DNA of 64,000 nucleotides from Oligoflexales bacterium (GTDB lineage Bacteria; Bdellovibrionota_B; Oligoflexia; Oligoflexales; Bog-1112): NCBI GenBank assembly GCA_045105515.1, contig JBGCDR010000181.1, positions 35,501 to 99,500 of the forward strand, read 5' to 3'. Shown piece by piece: positions 63,289 to 64,000 of this stretch (position 1 is its first letter; each line of letters starts with the position of its first letter). The notes under the pieces were generated by a model. It saw only the letters and a program-made list of their open reading frames with translations, ran no database searches and was not told where the DNA came from. The position numbers and the translations under genes were made by a program.

Positions 63289-63900
63289 ATGATGTATATA
63301 AAAATTGGCCTTGTATTACTTCAAACCTTGAATATAGGTTGTACCGTTTTTGGAGTACGTACGGTAGAGGAGCCCGAATATCGGGTTATATTAAAAGATG
63401 AAAATAGAGAAATCAGAAAATATAGTCCGTCAATCATAGCAAAAACAAATGTCAAAGGAAATTATAAGGAAGCACAAAATCGAGGCTTTCAAATCCTAGC
63501 CAGTTATATCTTTGGAAATAACCAAAAGAGTGTAGATATTGCAATGACTGCACCTGTAACCCAAGAGCCCTTAAATCAATCTATTGCTATGACAGCTCCT
63601 GTGACCCAAGCAAAACAAAATGGAAATTGGGTCATGAGCTTTACCATGCCTTCAAAATTCAACAGCATCAAGAATTTACCGACCCCATTAGATGAACGGG
63701 TCATATTAAGCCAGTTACCCGGAGCTACCTATGCTACAGTTAGTTACTCTTGGTATTCTAGCATGGAAAAAAACTCCGAAATGGGAAAAATCTTGATGAA
63801 ATGGTTGAACAAATATCCTGAATACGAAGCCGTTTCAGAACCTTTTTACGCTGGCTATAACCCCAGGGTTGATTCAAGTAAGCTTTTAACCAAATTTTGA
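63289..63900 (+). CDS. SOUL heme-binding protein, C-terminus apparently truncated
   Basis: VEEPEY, EIRKY, GFQILASYIFGNN, IAMTAPVTQ twice, MSFTMPS; ends YAGYNP then diverges from the family tail. Confidence 0.8.
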   Translation: MMYIKIGLVLLQTLNIGCTVFGVRTVEEPEYRVILKDENREIRKYSPSIIAKTNVKGNYKEAQNRGFQILASYIFGNNQKSVDIAMTAPVTQEPLNQSIAMTAPVTQAKQNGNWVMSFTMPSKFNSIKNLPTPLDERVILSQLPGATYATVSYSWYSSMEKNSEMGKILMKWLNKYPEYEAVSEPFYAGYNPRVDSSKLLTKF

Positions 63901-64000
63901 AGTACGTTAAAATGGGTTCAGCATATTTTTTTAACAAAATTTTTGTTGTCAAAAATATTTGAGATGTATTTTTTTGACTATTCAAGCATAATCTAACAAT
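63864..64000. mobile_element. Possible IS terminal inverted repeat / IS end (runs off window)
   Basis: CAGGGTTGATTCAAG begins exactly where SOUL similarity stops; no transposase visible in window. Confidence 0.35.

Noticed and set aside
63538..63610. Tandem IAMTAPVTQ repeat in the SOUL gene
   Set aside because: Duplication of this motif is common in bacterial SOUL proteins

Overview
AT-rich bacterial chromosomal window. Gene content (orphan fliG, Fis, many secreted or lipoprotein hypotheticals, FliA-type promoters) suggests Bdellovibrionota/Oligoflexia, but this is inference. Most of it is a housekeeping backbone (dnaK, tgt, arginase, miaB, ffh, aspS, grpE, lon, def, rpe, hutH, HU, fabI, waaA, rng) interleaved with uncharacterised envelope genes. 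No rRNA, tRNA, CRISPR array or prophage was seen. Main observations: (1) a 43-aa peptide gene absent from the ORF track (signal-peptide-like leader plus a Thr/Cys/Gly-rich tail) abutting a compact stand-alone YcaO-like gene at 58903-59868, a candidate new RiPP; (2) a lone phage/eCIS tail-tube (T4 gp19-like) gene carrying a Sec-like signal peptide, behind a sigma28-type promoter and coupled to a large lipoprotein (24160-26252); (3) two prepilin-like paralogues flanking a silent, mosaic third C-terminal fragment (59883-62378); (4) a tightly coupled 7-gene envelope operon (SH3, Ig/FlgT-like/PEGA/TPR, TolB-like, orphan SBP, PilZ); (5) a recurring sigma28-type motif, REP-like repeats, and a SOUL gene probably interrupted by an IS at the window end.
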